This document shows positions 44,629 through 54,494 of a stretch of DNA of 64,000 nucleotides, one piece after another. How positions within the stretch are numbered: position 1 is the first letter of the stretch; each line of letters opens with the position of its first letter. Source of the stretch: a virus; the IMG/VR virus record IMGVR_UViG_3300008952_002488, positions 64,001-128,000 of that record; one strand, given 5' to 3'. The position numbers and the translations under genes were made by a program. The notes beneath the pieces are model-generated. The model saw nothing but the letters and a program-made list of their open reading frames with translations. It was not told the DNA's origin and did not search any database.

Positions 44629-45723
44629 TTGGCTTTCGGACTGGTAGGCGCAAGCGGTTCTTTTATAGCAAATGCAGAAATGCTCGGTGGAATTGTCACT
44701 GGCTCGGGACAAGAGTTTTTAGCACTTCCAGTTTCAGGAACAGTTCTTGGCGGACTAAGCGGATTAACCACCAATGAATGGAGTCGCTTCTATCTTAGTG
44801 ATAGTTTTGGTAATGCGTCTGGTTCCGTTATCCAAGCTCTTAACTATCTGAGCGCAGCACTTGGCGGCGCTGGATCCGGGGACGTAACCGGGCCCGGCTC
44901 GGCTACTGATAATGCCATTGCTAGATTTGACGGATCCACCGGAAAAATTATACAGAACACAACAGGACTAGTAGCTTCTGATGCTGGTGTTTTGTCGAGT
45001 TCTGTGGGGGCTACTCTCGGAAATCTTATATTAAATGATGATGCTAGATCTCTAACACTTTCGGGCACAATATCTTCTTCTGCCGGCGCTACCTTTTTAG
45101 GGCACCTTTTTACTAACAATCTAAATGTTTCTGGTACCTTGACTGCGGCAAGCTTTACGCCGTCAGCAGTTTCGGGCGCAGTAAAAATAAATGTATTTAC
45201 GCATAAGATCCTTAGTAACAACAGTATTGAGACTTCAGCATCGCTCGTTGCTAAGACTACGGTTTCTGGTGCAGGTGCTGCATCGTTCGCATCTTTAACA
45301 ACAGAAGAAGCATCGATCTCTGTTGCTGGCGTTATGTCAGGTGCTGGTGGTATTTCAGGTCAAAGTCTAGTAATTGATAATCTTACTAAGATTAATTCTG
45401 GCGGTGTTCTTTCAAGCTCTGTTGGATCAACGCTTGGAAATCTGATTCTTAATGATGACTCTGTATCTTTAAAATTATCTGGATCGATGACCGGAAGCGG
45501 TTTGGCTACTTTCTCTAATATTTCCCTAGCACAAGGGGGGGGATATAAGCCGGCACTAATAGTATCGAGTAGTGCTATTTCTACAGCGGCTGATTCAGCA
45601 GCTATACCCAGAATAGTTTTACAAGGAACAGATAACTTAGGTAGCCTAGCAGATTTTATGATTTCAGTTAGCGGTGGTATCCTTAGAGTCGAACAATTAG
45701 AAGTGGGAAGTTGGCCGGTATAA
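44629..45723 (+). CDS. Fibre/spike structural protein (shorter paralog 2)
   Basis: N- and C-termini nearly identical to 42280..44520; TTG start; late box at 44578. Confidence 0.75.
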   Translation: MAFGLVGASGSFIANAEMLGGIVTGSGQEFLALPVSGTVLGGLSGLTTNEWSRFYLSDSFGNASGSVIQALNYLSAALGGAGSGDVTGPGSATDNAIARFDGSTGKIIQNTTGLVASDAGVLSSSVGATLGNLILNDDARSLTLSGTISSSAGATFLGHLFTNNLNVSGTLTAASFTPSAVSGAVKINVFTHKILSNNSIETSASLVAKTTVSGAGAASFASLTTEEASISVAGVMSGAGGISGQSLVIDNLTKINSGGVLSSSVGSTLGNLILNDDSVSLKLSGSMTGSGLATFSNISLAQGGGYKPALIVSSSAISTAADSAAIPRIVLQGTDNLGSLADFMISVSGGILRVEQLEVGSWPV

Positions 45724-45751
45724 AATATTCACTTATACACAGGCTTACATT

Positions 45752-46357
45752 ATGTCCCGCAAATTCAAAAAACTTAGCCTCCAATATTCCTTTCTACTTC
45801 TTGAAAAAGAGGAAGTGGATGACATATGTTTACAAATGGATAAACAAATAAATGAAGCAATAAAAGAAAAATATCCTGATGAATATGAATCATTGTTCTC
45901 TAGCAAGACTTCACCAATAGAAGAAACAAAGACAATAGAAGAAATAGAAGAAATAGAAGAAATAGAAGAAATAGAAGAAATAGAAGAAATAGAAGAAATA
46001 GACACAAAGAAAAAGAACAATGATATTAGAAAATTATATAGAAAAATAGCAGAAAAAACACACCCAGACAAAACTGGAGATAATAGTAAAGCAGAAATGT
46101 TTTCCGAAGCATCCTTGGCATATCAAGAAAATAATTTAGCAACTTTGTTGAATCTTGCTGGGCTGCTTAACATTGACTTGTTTGAATTATCTCCAAGTTC
46201 ATTTTTATTGTTGCAAAACAACATCACTTCTTTGTCAGAGGAAATAAATGCAAAAAAGAATTCTGCATCTTGGGCTTTTTATAATGCTAAATCTCAACAA
46301 GACAAAGATTCAGTTATCAACCTAATAATAAATCAGTTAAAGGGGAGTATAAAATGA
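45752..46357 (+). CDS. J-domain (DnaJ-like) protein
   Basis: IRKLYRKIAEKTHPDK. Confidence 0.75.
   Translation: MSRKFKKLSLQYSFLLLEKEEVDDICLQMDKQINEAIKEKYPDEYESLFSSKTSPIEETKTIEEIEEIEEIEEIEEIEEIEEIDTKKKNNDIRKLYRKIAEKTHPDKTGDNSKAEMFSEASLAYQENNLATLLNLAGLLNIDLFELSPSSFLLLQNNITSLSEEINAKKNSASWAFYNAKSQQDKDSVINLIINQLKGSIK
45935..45997 (+). repeat. Perfect 9-bp tandem repeat (ATAGAAGAA)x7 encoding IEE
   Basis: Read directly; an extra copy lies at 45917. Confidence 0.95.
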
Positions 46358-46387
46358 AATCAAAAAAAATAGATTTTAAAGTGTTAT

Positions 46388-47656
46388 CTATGGATCACCC
46401 TGACCAATACAAAGATCTTCAAAGATCTGGCGGATCTGCATAAAAACAGTCTCTGAATTCACCACAGGAGTATAAAGGCGACTCTGTTCTCCTCTTACCA
46501 TCCCCAAAAATGAATTATGGTGTTCGGGGAGAGCGAAAACAAATATCTCAAACCCATTATTAACAGCATAATCATTAACCTCAGTTACATTCCTTCCTGT
46601 AATAGTTTGAGCTATTTCATCAGTCATTAAGATTATTACTTTTTGGTTCCCCGTGGTCCACGAAAAAGGATACAAACCCTCCATCGACCACAAGGTCACA
46701 TCTATTGATGGCTCAATACCACCATCATCCATTAATTGGATAGCCTGCAAATATTGCAGGAATTCATCAGCGGGAACAAAATCATTTACCATTTCAGAGT
46801 GTCGGGTGGTCAGCGGGGTTCCGCCACCTGAATTTTGTCTGCCTATCACTGCTAAACCAAACCGAAAGTTGCTCGTTATCGGATCATCTAAAAGCGGAGT
46901 AATTCCTTCTATCATGGACTCTATCTCATCATCAAAAGAGCCGGAAATATCAATAACAAAAACAAGATCTACACCACGAGTATCAAAACCTTCGTCTACT
47001 TCGCCGTCGCAGTCGTTATCAAGGTTGTCGCAGATTTCTTCAACGGGAAGAACTTGCCCATCGCAAGGTCCATCAAACCCACCATCCTGACAATAACGAA
47101 CACCCGCACGACACTCGCCAATAGCCATTGAACCTTCGGGACCATCATAACAGACAATTGCCGTAGTATTAGCTACTCCTTCATCAACCGTTCCATCACA
47201 ATTATTATCCAAGCCGTCGCAGGTTTCTTCCGAAGGTCCAACATGCCCATCGCAATAAAGACTTCCATTATCACATTTCATCACACCTGGGGTGCAAATA
47301 CCAACACCATAATCAGCACCCTCTACAAATCCACATAGTTGATGTTGTTCTGGAAACGTTTCATCTATTAATAAATTACAGTCGTTATCTAATCCATCAC
47401 AAACTTCTTCTTCTGGTCCTGCTGCTCCGATGCACTCGGTCCACCCATCAAACGTACAGGTTCTAGCACCGTACCTGCAAATACCAGCTTTTTCAGGAGG
47501 ATCTTTGGGATTAAGGGATGTTAGGATCTGTCCGTTGTGATCACACACTTCAACAGTGCCGGGTGAACATTCCAAGGCAACCAACTGGTCATCATCTAGA
47601 CAAGCCTGGCAGGCGGTTAAAACCAAGGGAACAAAAAATAAACCCCAACGTTTCAT
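46388..47656 (-). CDS. Lipoprotein with Cys-rich 'CDGLDNDC' metal-binding repeats plus vWA domain
   Basis: LTAC lipobox; three E.CD.LDN.C repeats; DLVFVIDISGS MIDAS; LMTDE. Confidence 0.85.
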   Translation of the reverse strand: MKRWGLFFVPLVLTACQACLDDDQLVALECSPGTVEVCDHNGQILTSLNPKDPPEKAGICRYGARTCTFDGWTECIGAAGPEEEVCDGLDNDCNLLIDETFPEQHQLCGFVEGADYGVGICTPGVMKCDNGSLYCDGHVGPSEETCDGLDNNCDGTVDEGVANTTAIVCYDGPEGSMAIGECRAGVRYCQDGGFDGPCDGQVLPVEEICDNLDNDCDGEVDEGFDTRGVDLVFVIDISGSFDDEIESMIEGITPLLDDPITSNFRFGLAVIGRQNSGGGTPLTTRHSEMVNDFVPADEFLQYLQAIQLMDDGGIEPSIDVTLWSMEGLYPFSWTTGNQKVIILMTDEIAQTITGRNVTEVNDYAVNNGFEIFVFALPEHHNSFLGMVRGEQSRLYTPVVNSETVFMQIRQIFEDLCIGQGDP

Positions 47657-48129
47657 TCCATTGTAGCCTCAATACAAGCCTCATAAGTACTATAAAGAAC
47701 CATGGTTAAGGCGGTGCTATTAAAAACTCGAAATCGTGCTTTTTTAAGCGGGAGGTGTTCTTTATCATAGACATGGGTCATAATCAACGGCGGACTATTT
47801 TTAGATTGTGTTGGGATTTTAAAAGCAAACAAAAGAGAATCGCCCGGTGCATTCTGTAAAATGCCGGCAATGTAACCATCTTTTATAACATCAGGGATAC
47901 CAATTTGTATGGCTGAATTAGAGCCTGGTTCGGTGGTTATTTTATCACTAACGTGGACAACCCATTTACAATTGTCATTTTGTCCCGGTGTATAATAAGT
48001 TGATTTCTTTGGAATTATGGTTTGATATAGGTTGTTTGCTTTAATCTGAAAATGGAGGGCTACAGCACACGAAAGTGCCAATATTCCCAACAGCGTAACT
48101 CTTAATTTAGTTTTCGGAACACGAAACAT
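47653..48129 (-). CDS. Membrane-anchored/exported protein
   Basis: GGAG SD; N-terminal TM; ATGA coupling. Confidence 0.6.
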   Translation of the reverse strand: MFRVPKTKLRVTLLGILALSCAVALHFQIKANNLYQTIIPKKSTYYTPGQNDNCKWVVHVSDKITTEPGSNSAIQIGIPDVIKDGYIAGILQNAPGDSLLFAFKIPTQSKNSPPLIMTHVYDKEHLPLKKARFRVFNSTALTMVLYSTYEACIEATME

Positions 48130-48140
48130 AAAACCGCTCC

Positions 48141-48404
48141 TTATTGGAGTGGTTCTAGATCCAGTACCTCTCCTTTGGGAGACAAAATGATGAATGGCAT
48201 CTTTTTTATCTCTTTAGTAACTATGTTTTTGGTTTTGCTTTTTGTTTTCTTTTCTATCCAAACTAGAATCTGAGGTTTTTCTTTTACCTCTTTAACTTGT
48301 CCAATATAGGACCACTTGCCCTCTATCTTTTTCCAAATATCTGGAAACTCTGTAGTTTGTGACGAAAGTATCAGTAATCCTGATAATATGGTGCTGCTTA
48401 ACAT
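48141..48404 (-). CDS. Small exported protein
   Basis: MLSSTILSGLLILSS; AAGGA SD; minus-strand ACTATTTAT box at 48460-48452. Confidence 0.55.
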   Translation of the reverse strand: MLSSTILSGLLILSSQTTEFPDIWKKIEGKWSYIGQVKEVKEKPQILVWIEKKTKSKTKNIVTKEIKKMPFIILSPKGEVLDLEPLQ

Positions 48405-48485
48405 GTTATTGATATTCCTTACAGCAAATCTAGTGTGTTGATTTACTACGGATAAATAGTCCCCTTTCAATCTAGTTACTTTACT

Positions 48486-49376
48486 ATGATAAAAAAATCA
48501 CCAATTTACGTCAAGTTTCTTATATTATCGTTACTTTTACTTACAAGTTGTGTCAGCGGTTGCGTAACAGTTAACAATAAACCCCAAGTTTCAGAAGAAA
48601 TATTACCACGACATGCCTTTGTTCAGATAAAGCACTCTGTTGAGGTTGAGGGGTGCGGGATTGATGCCGAAACAAAAGAGGAAAAATGTCAAAAAGCTGT
48701 TATGCAGTATGTTTCCTCTGGAGCGTATGTATTTCATAGCGAAGTTTCTCAAGGTACTTCATATGTGTTAACTGCCGGACATTCATGTGAAACTAAATTC
48801 CCAAAAACACAAATCATCGAAGGGTTTAGAATTGAAAATAAAGGATCTACATTCAAAGCAGTTGATCTAAATGGTTTTCATCATGATGCGGAAGTGATTA
48901 TGATAAACCGGCGCTTTGACTTGTGTTTGTTGCGTGCTTCGAATGTTCTTTTAAATCCTCCTACTTTAAGGATCGCAGACAAAGAACCAAAAAGGGGAGA
49001 AACAGTCACGAATATGGCTGCTCCCCACGGATTATTTTGGCCAGGAACAGTACTGGTCTTTAAGGGACAATTTTCAGGTTATCATGATAAAGGATATTCA
49101 GTTTATACCCTCCCTACAAAACCAGGCTCAAGTGGTTCACCCATTATCAACAAAGACAATGAATTGGTGGGAGTTATTTTTGCGGGCTATTCAATGATGG
49201 AGAATGTTGGACTTTCCTCTCCTTTAGTTGCTATTAAAATATTTCTCAAAAAAGCAATAGCAAAAGGCGAAATGGAACTTTGGGAAAAGAGCAATACCCC
49301 AAGAATAAATACTCAAATAGATCGCCTATGGATTCAAAAAATGGAAGCAAAGCTTGAGAAAGTTTTTGGGAACTGA
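48486..49376 (+). CDS. Trypsin-like serine protease, lipoprotein
   Basis: LTSC lipobox; LTAGH, DLCLL, PGSSGSP catalytic triad motifs. Confidence 0.9.
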   Translation: MIKKSPIYVKFLILSLLLLTSCVSGCVTVNNKPQVSEEILPRHAFVQIKHSVEVEGCGIDAETKEEKCQKAVMQYVSSGAYVFHSEVSQGTSYVLTAGHSCETKFPKTQIIEGFRIENKGSTFKAVDLNGFHHDAEVIMINRRFDLCLLRASNVLLNPPTLRIADKEPKRGETVTNMAAPHGLFWPGTVLVFKGQFSGYHDKGYSVYTLPTKPGSSGSPIINKDNELVGVIFAGYSMMENVGLSSPLVAIKIFLKKAIAKGEMELWEKSNTPRINTQIDRLWIQKMEAKLEKVFGN

Positions 49377-49410
49377 AGTATTTATATGGAAAACTTCGTG
49401 AGGTGTCCAA

Positions 49411-49974
49411 ATGGCATTTAGTAACAACACTAAAACTCCACAGGGTACAAATTTAAAACCTTTCTCTAAAGGAACTTCTCGGGTTGCTTTGCAACCATTT
49501 GCAACACGATATCCTGCCAGTTTTGGCAGGCACTACAATGAGATTAATAATAATTTTCACAACGGAACTCCTATGCTTATATCCGGCTCAGGCAGCACAG
49601 CAGCACCAGAGGCTTCGGCTTGTGTGCATGTCGCTGATTTAAGTGCTCTTGATGAAGTTTATTTATGGGCGTCAAACGCTGGAGAAACAGCAGCCCAAAT
49701 TACTGTATCTTTTGTATCTGGGGGGTACATGGTTGACGGTAACACGCCTGCTGATGCAGATCTTGAGTACGCTTTAAATGCTCCTTGGCGAGTTGTCACA
49801 ACAGTTAGCTCAAAGTCGGGAATGGAGCTTGTCTATCCAGGGATCCCTCACACAAACAATGATGCAATTTTTGCAGTATCGTCAAATTCGCAAATATATT
49901 TATCTGGATTTGTAATGAGAAAACACAGAGTAAGTAAGACGGATATAAATCAAGGATATGACGGTACAGACTAA
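49411..49974 (+). CDS. Putative virion structural protein (paralog A)
   Basis: LDEVYLWASN, LVYPGIP, IYLSGFV.R; late-like box at 49377. Confidence 0.6.
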   Translation: MAFSNNTKTPQGTNLKPFSKGTSRVALQPFATRYPASFGRHYNEINNNFHNGTPMLISGSGSTAAPEASACVHVADLSALDEVYLWASNAGETAAQITVSFVSGGYMVDGNTPADADLEYALNAPWRVVTTVSSKSGMELVYPGIPHTNNDAIFAVSSNSQIYLSGFVMRKHRVSKTDINQGYDGTD

Positions 49975-50519
49975 TGCCTGGATTTAACGGACGTACTCAA
50001 AAAGTTCTCGGAAATACTTTATCACCAGCAGGGAATGTTGGCAGTATTAGGGTTAGTTTGTCGCACGCTGGTTGTGGACAAGACCCTAGCGGACATGACT
50101 TTGCTTTAACAGTTACAAATTCCTCCTCTTTTTGGCCTTGTGTAGTATCCTCCGGATCTGGAACACCTCAGATTATGAGTATTCATTCTGGTTCTTTATC
50201 TGATATGGACGAGTTGTATTTATGGGCAGTAAACAATGGTAGCTCTAGTGCGGAAATATCAATATGGTTTGATGATGATAGAACATTTGCTGCTGGATTT
50301 ACCAAAAATCGTAATACGATTATTACAACACTATACCCCTCAAGCAGCGCCGTCATGATTTGGCCTGGAATTCCTGTTACATCTTTTGATGAACAAACTC
50401 CTACTGTTTTATATGCAAGTGGATCTGTACATAGCCGAATAAGTTTGCACGGGTATGTAATTCGAAGAAAGAGGATCAATCCCAATGATCGTCTTGCTGG
50501 GTTTGATGCGAGCGAATAA
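49974..50519 (+). CDS. Putative virion structural protein (paralog B)
   Basis: MDELYLWAVN, MIWPGIP, ISLHGYV.R, shared with upstream gene. Confidence 0.6.
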   Translation: MPGFNGRTQKVLGNTLSPAGNVGSIRVSLSHAGCGQDPSGHDFALTVTNSSSFWPCVVSSGSGTPQIMSIHSGSLSDMDELYLWAVNNGSSSAEISIWFDDDRTFAAGFTKNRNTIITTLYPSSSAVMIWPGIPVTSFDEQTPTVLYASGSVHSRISLHGYVIRRKRINPNDRLAGFDASE

Positions 50520-50521
50520 AC

Positions 50522-50869
50522 ATGGGAATTATTAACAGAAGACAAACAGGACCATTGACCGATGTGAGAACCATCTCACCTAATGTAAGTGGAAACTTTT
50601 TAACCGCTACAGGAGTAGATGACCAAATAGCCTCTATCACCCCCGCTACGGCGGGCGAGATTTTGGGCGGCGGGTCCGTTGGTTCTCTTAGTTTGCAATC
50701 TCCAAATGGAGATTATTATTCAATTGGTGTAACAAACGGGGGTATTATGACAGCAATTTCTCAAAGCTTTGCTTCGAATACTGTGGTTCTAAAAGCAGGA
50801 GATGGTACATGTTACTCGATGACGGTTTCCAATGAGGGAACTATAACCATGACTAGCAGTAGTTGTTAA
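50522..50869 (+). CDS. Small fibre-like structural protein
   Basis: Two L.SPNG..Y.I.V.N.G-type repeats typical of fibre shafts. Confidence 0.55.
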   Translation: MGIINRRQTGPLTDVRTISPNVSGNFLTATGVDDQIASITPATAGEILGGGSVGSLSLQSPNGDYYSIGVTNGGIMTAISQSFASNTVVLKAGDGTCYSMTVSNEGTITMTSSSC

Positions 50870-50912
50870 CACTGATCCTAACTACTTATAATAACCAGCC
50901 TGGGAGATAAAA

Positions 50913-51161
50913 ATGAAATCTATTCTAAACGAGGTCACTAAAAAATTCCTTTTAAAGGAGGCATACACTTTTGATGCTTTTGCTTCCATACAGGCTTTAA
51001 GCGACATAGTGTCAAATATCAGGGTAACAAACAAAAGAGATACCAATCGTTTAAAACTTGCAAAAGAACATATTCGTGGTATAAAAAGACAAATGAAATC
51101 TTTAAATGAAAGAGTCGAGGCTCTCGAAGAAGAGTTAAATCTTTTAAAAGAGGAAAAATAA
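50913..51161 (+). CDS. Small leader-bearing coiled-coil protein
   Basis: MKSILNEVTKKFLLKE; late box ACTACTTAT at 50881. Confidence 0.6.
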   Translation: MKSILNEVTKKFLLKEAYTFDAFASIQALSDIVSNIRVTNKRDTNRLKLAKEHIRGIKRQMKSLNERVEALEEELNLLKEEK

Positions 51162-53135
51162 ATGGGTGGCATTGCCGGACACATGTCCCACCTATATGAT
51201 AATCCTAATTTAACCTTCAGTAAAATGAAGGAAATAATGGCTGCTGTTGCTGAGGCTGACCTCGAAGTGGAAGAGAAAGTTGACGGGCAAAATCTTTTTC
51301 TTTCTTATTCTATACCCGAAGGCAAAGCAAAGGGCGCACGAAACAAAGGAAATCTTAGAGGGAACGGATTAGATGCCGTTCAATTGGCAACAAAGTTTGC
51401 AGGGCGGGGCAACCTTGAGAAAACATTTGTAGAAGGATTTGCTGCTTTTGAAAGAGCGGTGGAAACCTTGAGCGACGAAGAGAAATTAGCTATCTTCGGA
51501 CCAAACGCTGATATTTGGTATAACGCTGAAATTATGGACCCTGAGTCTAGAAATGTAATCAATTACGATTCTAAGACACTCAAAATACATGATAGAGGTC
51601 ATTTTAAATTTGACAAAGAGTCCGGAGAGAAAACAGACGAAGATGTGTCTGCAAATCTTGCAGCATTGGATAGTCGCCTAAGACAAATGCAAGATTCCTT
51701 ATCAGAAGATAGATTTTCTTTTGTTAGAAGTGCCATCATAAAACTAGAAAAATTAGAAGATGAAGAAGCACTCAAGAAAGCATATGCATCTCTGGGAAAT
51801 GCTATGTCTGAAGCTGATGTGTCTGATTCTGATCGGGTTGGTCAATATGTTTTTAACCGACTACGGCAAGGTATAGAGGTAAATTTTTCTGACGAGTTAA
51901 AAACAGAAGCAATAAAGTACCTTTTAAAGCTACCTGATAATATTGGTCTTAGAGAATTAAAAAAACGAATGAACCCAGAAGAGGTATCAGATTTAACAAA
52001 TATTGTTAGAAATAAGCCCATCCTATTAAAACAAGCAATTCAGCCATTAGAATTAATTGTTCACGATTTTGCAGTCGAGGTTCTCAAGGGATTAGAAAGT
52101 ATGTTCATTGTTGATACTGATGCGGAAGTGCAACGGCAACGAACCGAACTTGCAAATGCCGTCAAGGAGATAGCAGAAGCAGGACCAGAAGATCCACAAA
52201 GCATGGAAGTGATGCAAGTTCACTTAAATAAGATAAAAGATATGAGCAATTTAACAACTCCTGCCGAGGGGATTGTCTTTGATTATGACGGGCACATGTA
52301 TAAATTAACTGGTAATTTTGCCCCCTTAAATCAAATTCTTGGGTTGTTTAAATATGGCGGTAAACAAAAGAAAGTAACCGTAGAAGCTCTAGCTACCACT
52401 GGGCAGGTATTGACAAAAAAAGAAGGAAAACGAATAGCCCTAATCCCAGGGGGTTTTAAACCTCCTCATGCCGGACATTTTTTGCTTGCCAAATACTTTG
52501 CAAACAAAAATGATGTTGACGAAGTAATAGTAATTGTTTCTACCAAATCAAGACCTCCTGTAACTGTTGATATGTCCGTTAAACTATGGGATCTTTATAC
52601 CAAAGATTTTCCAAAAATTAAAGTTCAAGCAGGAACGACCCCATCGCCAGTTGGAGATGTGTATGAACTAGTAGCAGATAACTCTGTGTTTAAAGAGGGA
52701 GATGTTGCTCTTTTGGGGAAAAGCGAAAAAGACGTTGATGATACAAGATTTGATAGAGCCCAATCATATGCTGAAAGACATAACCCTGGTGTAAGTGTCG
52801 AGCCTGTAATAACTCCCCTTTTTGCAGGAGGAGTAAGCGGAACACAAATGAGAAATTTGCTATTACAAGGTGAAGAAGGAAAAAACGAATTTAAAGCAAA
52901 CCTCCCTCGTCATTTAAATGCTGAAGAGAAAGAGGCAGCATACAATATACTGACAAGCCCAAATGAAGCCATAAATAATATCATAGACTCGACTATAGAG
53001 GAAATGTCAGCTATGTCTGCTGGGTCGGCTGAAATAGGTCCTGGGGCTTGGAGCGGTCGTCCCAATCGCTATAACCCTTATAGGAAAACTAAAAAACCCA
53101 AGGTTAAAAGAGCTAAACGCCAAAGGCGGAGATAA
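51162..53135 (+). CDS. Fusion of a ligase-like nucleotidyltransferase domain and an HxGH cytidylyltransferase-like domain
   Basis: GHMSHLYD, EEKVDGQN (KxDG), AEGIVF, YKLTG; C-terminal PGGFKPPHAGH and SGT.MR. Confidence 0.8.
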   Translation: MGGIAGHMSHLYDNPNLTFSKMKEIMAAVAEADLEVEEKVDGQNLFLSYSIPEGKAKGARNKGNLRGNGLDAVQLATKFAGRGNLEKTFVEGFAAFERAVETLSDEEKLAIFGPNADIWYNAEIMDPESRNVINYDSKTLKIHDRGHFKFDKESGEKTDEDVSANLAALDSRLRQMQDSLSEDRFSFVRSAIIKLEKLEDEEALKKAYASLGNAMSEADVSDSDRVGQYVFNRLRQGIEVNFSDELKTEAIKYLLKLPDNIGLRELKKRMNPEEVSDLTNIVRNKPILLKQAIQPLELIVHDFAVEVLKGLESMFIVDTDAEVQRQRTELANAVKEIAEAGPEDPQSMEVMQVHLNKIKDMSNLTTPAEGIVFDYDGHMYKLTGNFAPLNQILGLFKYGGKQKKVTVEALATTGQVLTKKEGKRIALIPGGFKPPHAGHFLLAKYFANKNDVDEVIVIVSTKSRPPVTVDMSVKLWDLYTKDFPKIKVQAGTTPSPVGDVYELVADNSVFKEGDVALLGKSEKDVDDTRFDRAQSYAERHNPGVSVEPVITPLFAGGVSGTQMRNLLLQGEEGKNEFKANLPRHLNAEEKEAAYNILTSPNEAINNIIDSTIEEMSAMSAGSAEIGPGAWSGRPNRYNPYRKTKKPKVKRAKRQRRR

Positions 53136-53145
53136 TTATAGAACC

Positions 53146-53967
53146 ATGAAAAAAATCAACAGAAATAAATTAATTGCCGAGCAGCTTATTCGTGAACATG
53201 TCAGGAAGCGGATATACAAGGCGGCATCCTCTAAAAAACTTCAGGAACAGAAACTAAGATCTGCAATAAGAAGGATTTTAGAAGCGGAAACAGGAACTAC
53301 AGAAGCCAGCGAACATACTGGAATTAATGTTTTGGCTGATTTACTCAAAAAAATAATACCAACCATTCAAGATGATTATAGTATGTTGACTACTTCTCCA
53401 GAACAAAGAGAGTCATTTAGGAATCATATAATTCATGCCATTAAAAACGCACTTAACCCCATCGAAGCGGCAGAAGTGAAAGAAGAATCAATAGTATATG
53501 AAATTGATCCAGACTTACTCTCTGAAAAGTTATCGATTGACTTGGATCCAGAGGATGATGCCTCCGAAAGTGTCGAAGGTGAATTTATCGATATCGAGGG
53601 CGGCGAGGAAGAAGAATTTGGTGCAGGACTCGATGATCAAAATGAAACAGGTAGAAATTTTGCCGCTGAGACTTTTAAATCCGTAGAAAAACAAATTGTT
53701 GACGCATATGATATGTTGGCTGACGAAAAAGATAAGAAACTATTTTATGATTATCTTTTAACCAATATGATGCTTTACTTTGATAAATTCGAGGATGAGT
53801 TAACAGCCTCGCTACCAGATGTGACAACCCCAGAATACGAAGAAGAAAAAGCTGAAGATGAGGCAGAAGAAACAGCACCAGAAGAAGAAGTAGAAGGCGA
53901 AGAAGAAGCAGAAGAAGCCGGCGCTGAAGGAGAAGCGGCCGCTGGTGAAGAAGAATTAGCAATTTAA
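53146..53967 (+). CDS. Acidic leader-bearing putative head protein
   Basis: LIAEQLIRE and LRSAIRRILEAE leader motifs; Glu-rich tail. Confidence 0.6.
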   Translation: MKKINRNKLIAEQLIREHVRKRIYKAASSKKLQEQKLRSAIRRILEAETGTTEASEHTGINVLADLLKKIIPTIQDDYSMLTTSPEQRESFRNHIIHAIKNALNPIEAAEVKEESIVYEIDPDLLSEKLSIDLDPEDDASESVEGEFIDIEGGEEEEFGAGLDDQNETGRNFAAETFKSVEKQIVDAYDMLADEKDKKLFYDYLLTNMMLYFDKFEDELTASLPDVTTPEYEEEKAEDEAEETAPEEEVEGEEEAEEAGAEGEAAAGEEELAI

Positions 53968-54058
53968 TTTTAATTTAACACTTTTAAATTTACTACTATA
54001 CTGCTCTTGTCAGCTTAAAGCTCTGAAAGCTATTGCTAGCAAATTGCCATTAAATAAC

Positions 54059-54087
54059 TTGACAACTATTGCGTATTATTGTATAGT
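54059..54087 (+). promoter_or_regulatory. sigma70 promoter of tmRNA, TTGACA-N17-TATAGT
   Basis: Consensus spacing; 10 nt upstream of the mature 5' end. Confidence 0.8.
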
Positions 54088-54097
54088 CTGATTATAA

Positions 54098-54423
54098 GGG
54101 GGTAACCGGTATCGATTGATGGGAAAATAGAAAAGGTGCAAGGGTGAGGGAAGCGTGGCTCACTAAAAACGCTTAAAACTTTAATCGCCAATGACGATTT
54201 CGAAATGGAGATGGCAGCTTAAAAACCTGACCTCCCATGAGGCGACGGCAGCCAATAAACAGAAAGCCGTATTTGGGTGTCCTAAGTGCTTTTGATTGTT
54301 TTAGCCGCAATAAAACGATCTAGTCAAGCGGGCTGTCTGACGAAAAAAACAGACCCAACCTTGTGAATGACCCCTTCTATAGAACTAGGCAAGACGGGAG
54401 TTCGATTCTCCCTACCTCCACCA
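54098..54423 (+). ncRNA. ssrA: tmRNA, tag ANDDFEMEMAA
   Basis: GGGGGTA/TACCTCC acceptor with G3:U70, A discriminator plus CCA; GGGAG-TTCGATT-CTCCC T-arm; tag ORF 54187-54222. Confidence 0.95.
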
Positions 54424-54445
54424 GCCGCCTTCGGGCGGCTTTTTT
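54423..54445 (+). terminator. Intrinsic terminator with cUUCGg loop
   Basis: AGCCGCC-TTCG-GGCGGCT-TTTTT. Confidence 0.9.
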
Positions 54446-54494
54446 CTTTCTCTCTCAGCTATTTACTTTAGAAGTGTTCCTGAAAGGAAAAAAT

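Noticed and set aside
54363-54494. N-terminal extension of the PhoH ORF in the track
   Set aside because: It overlaps the tmRNA 3' end and terminator; the real start is ATG 54495 after AAGGA.
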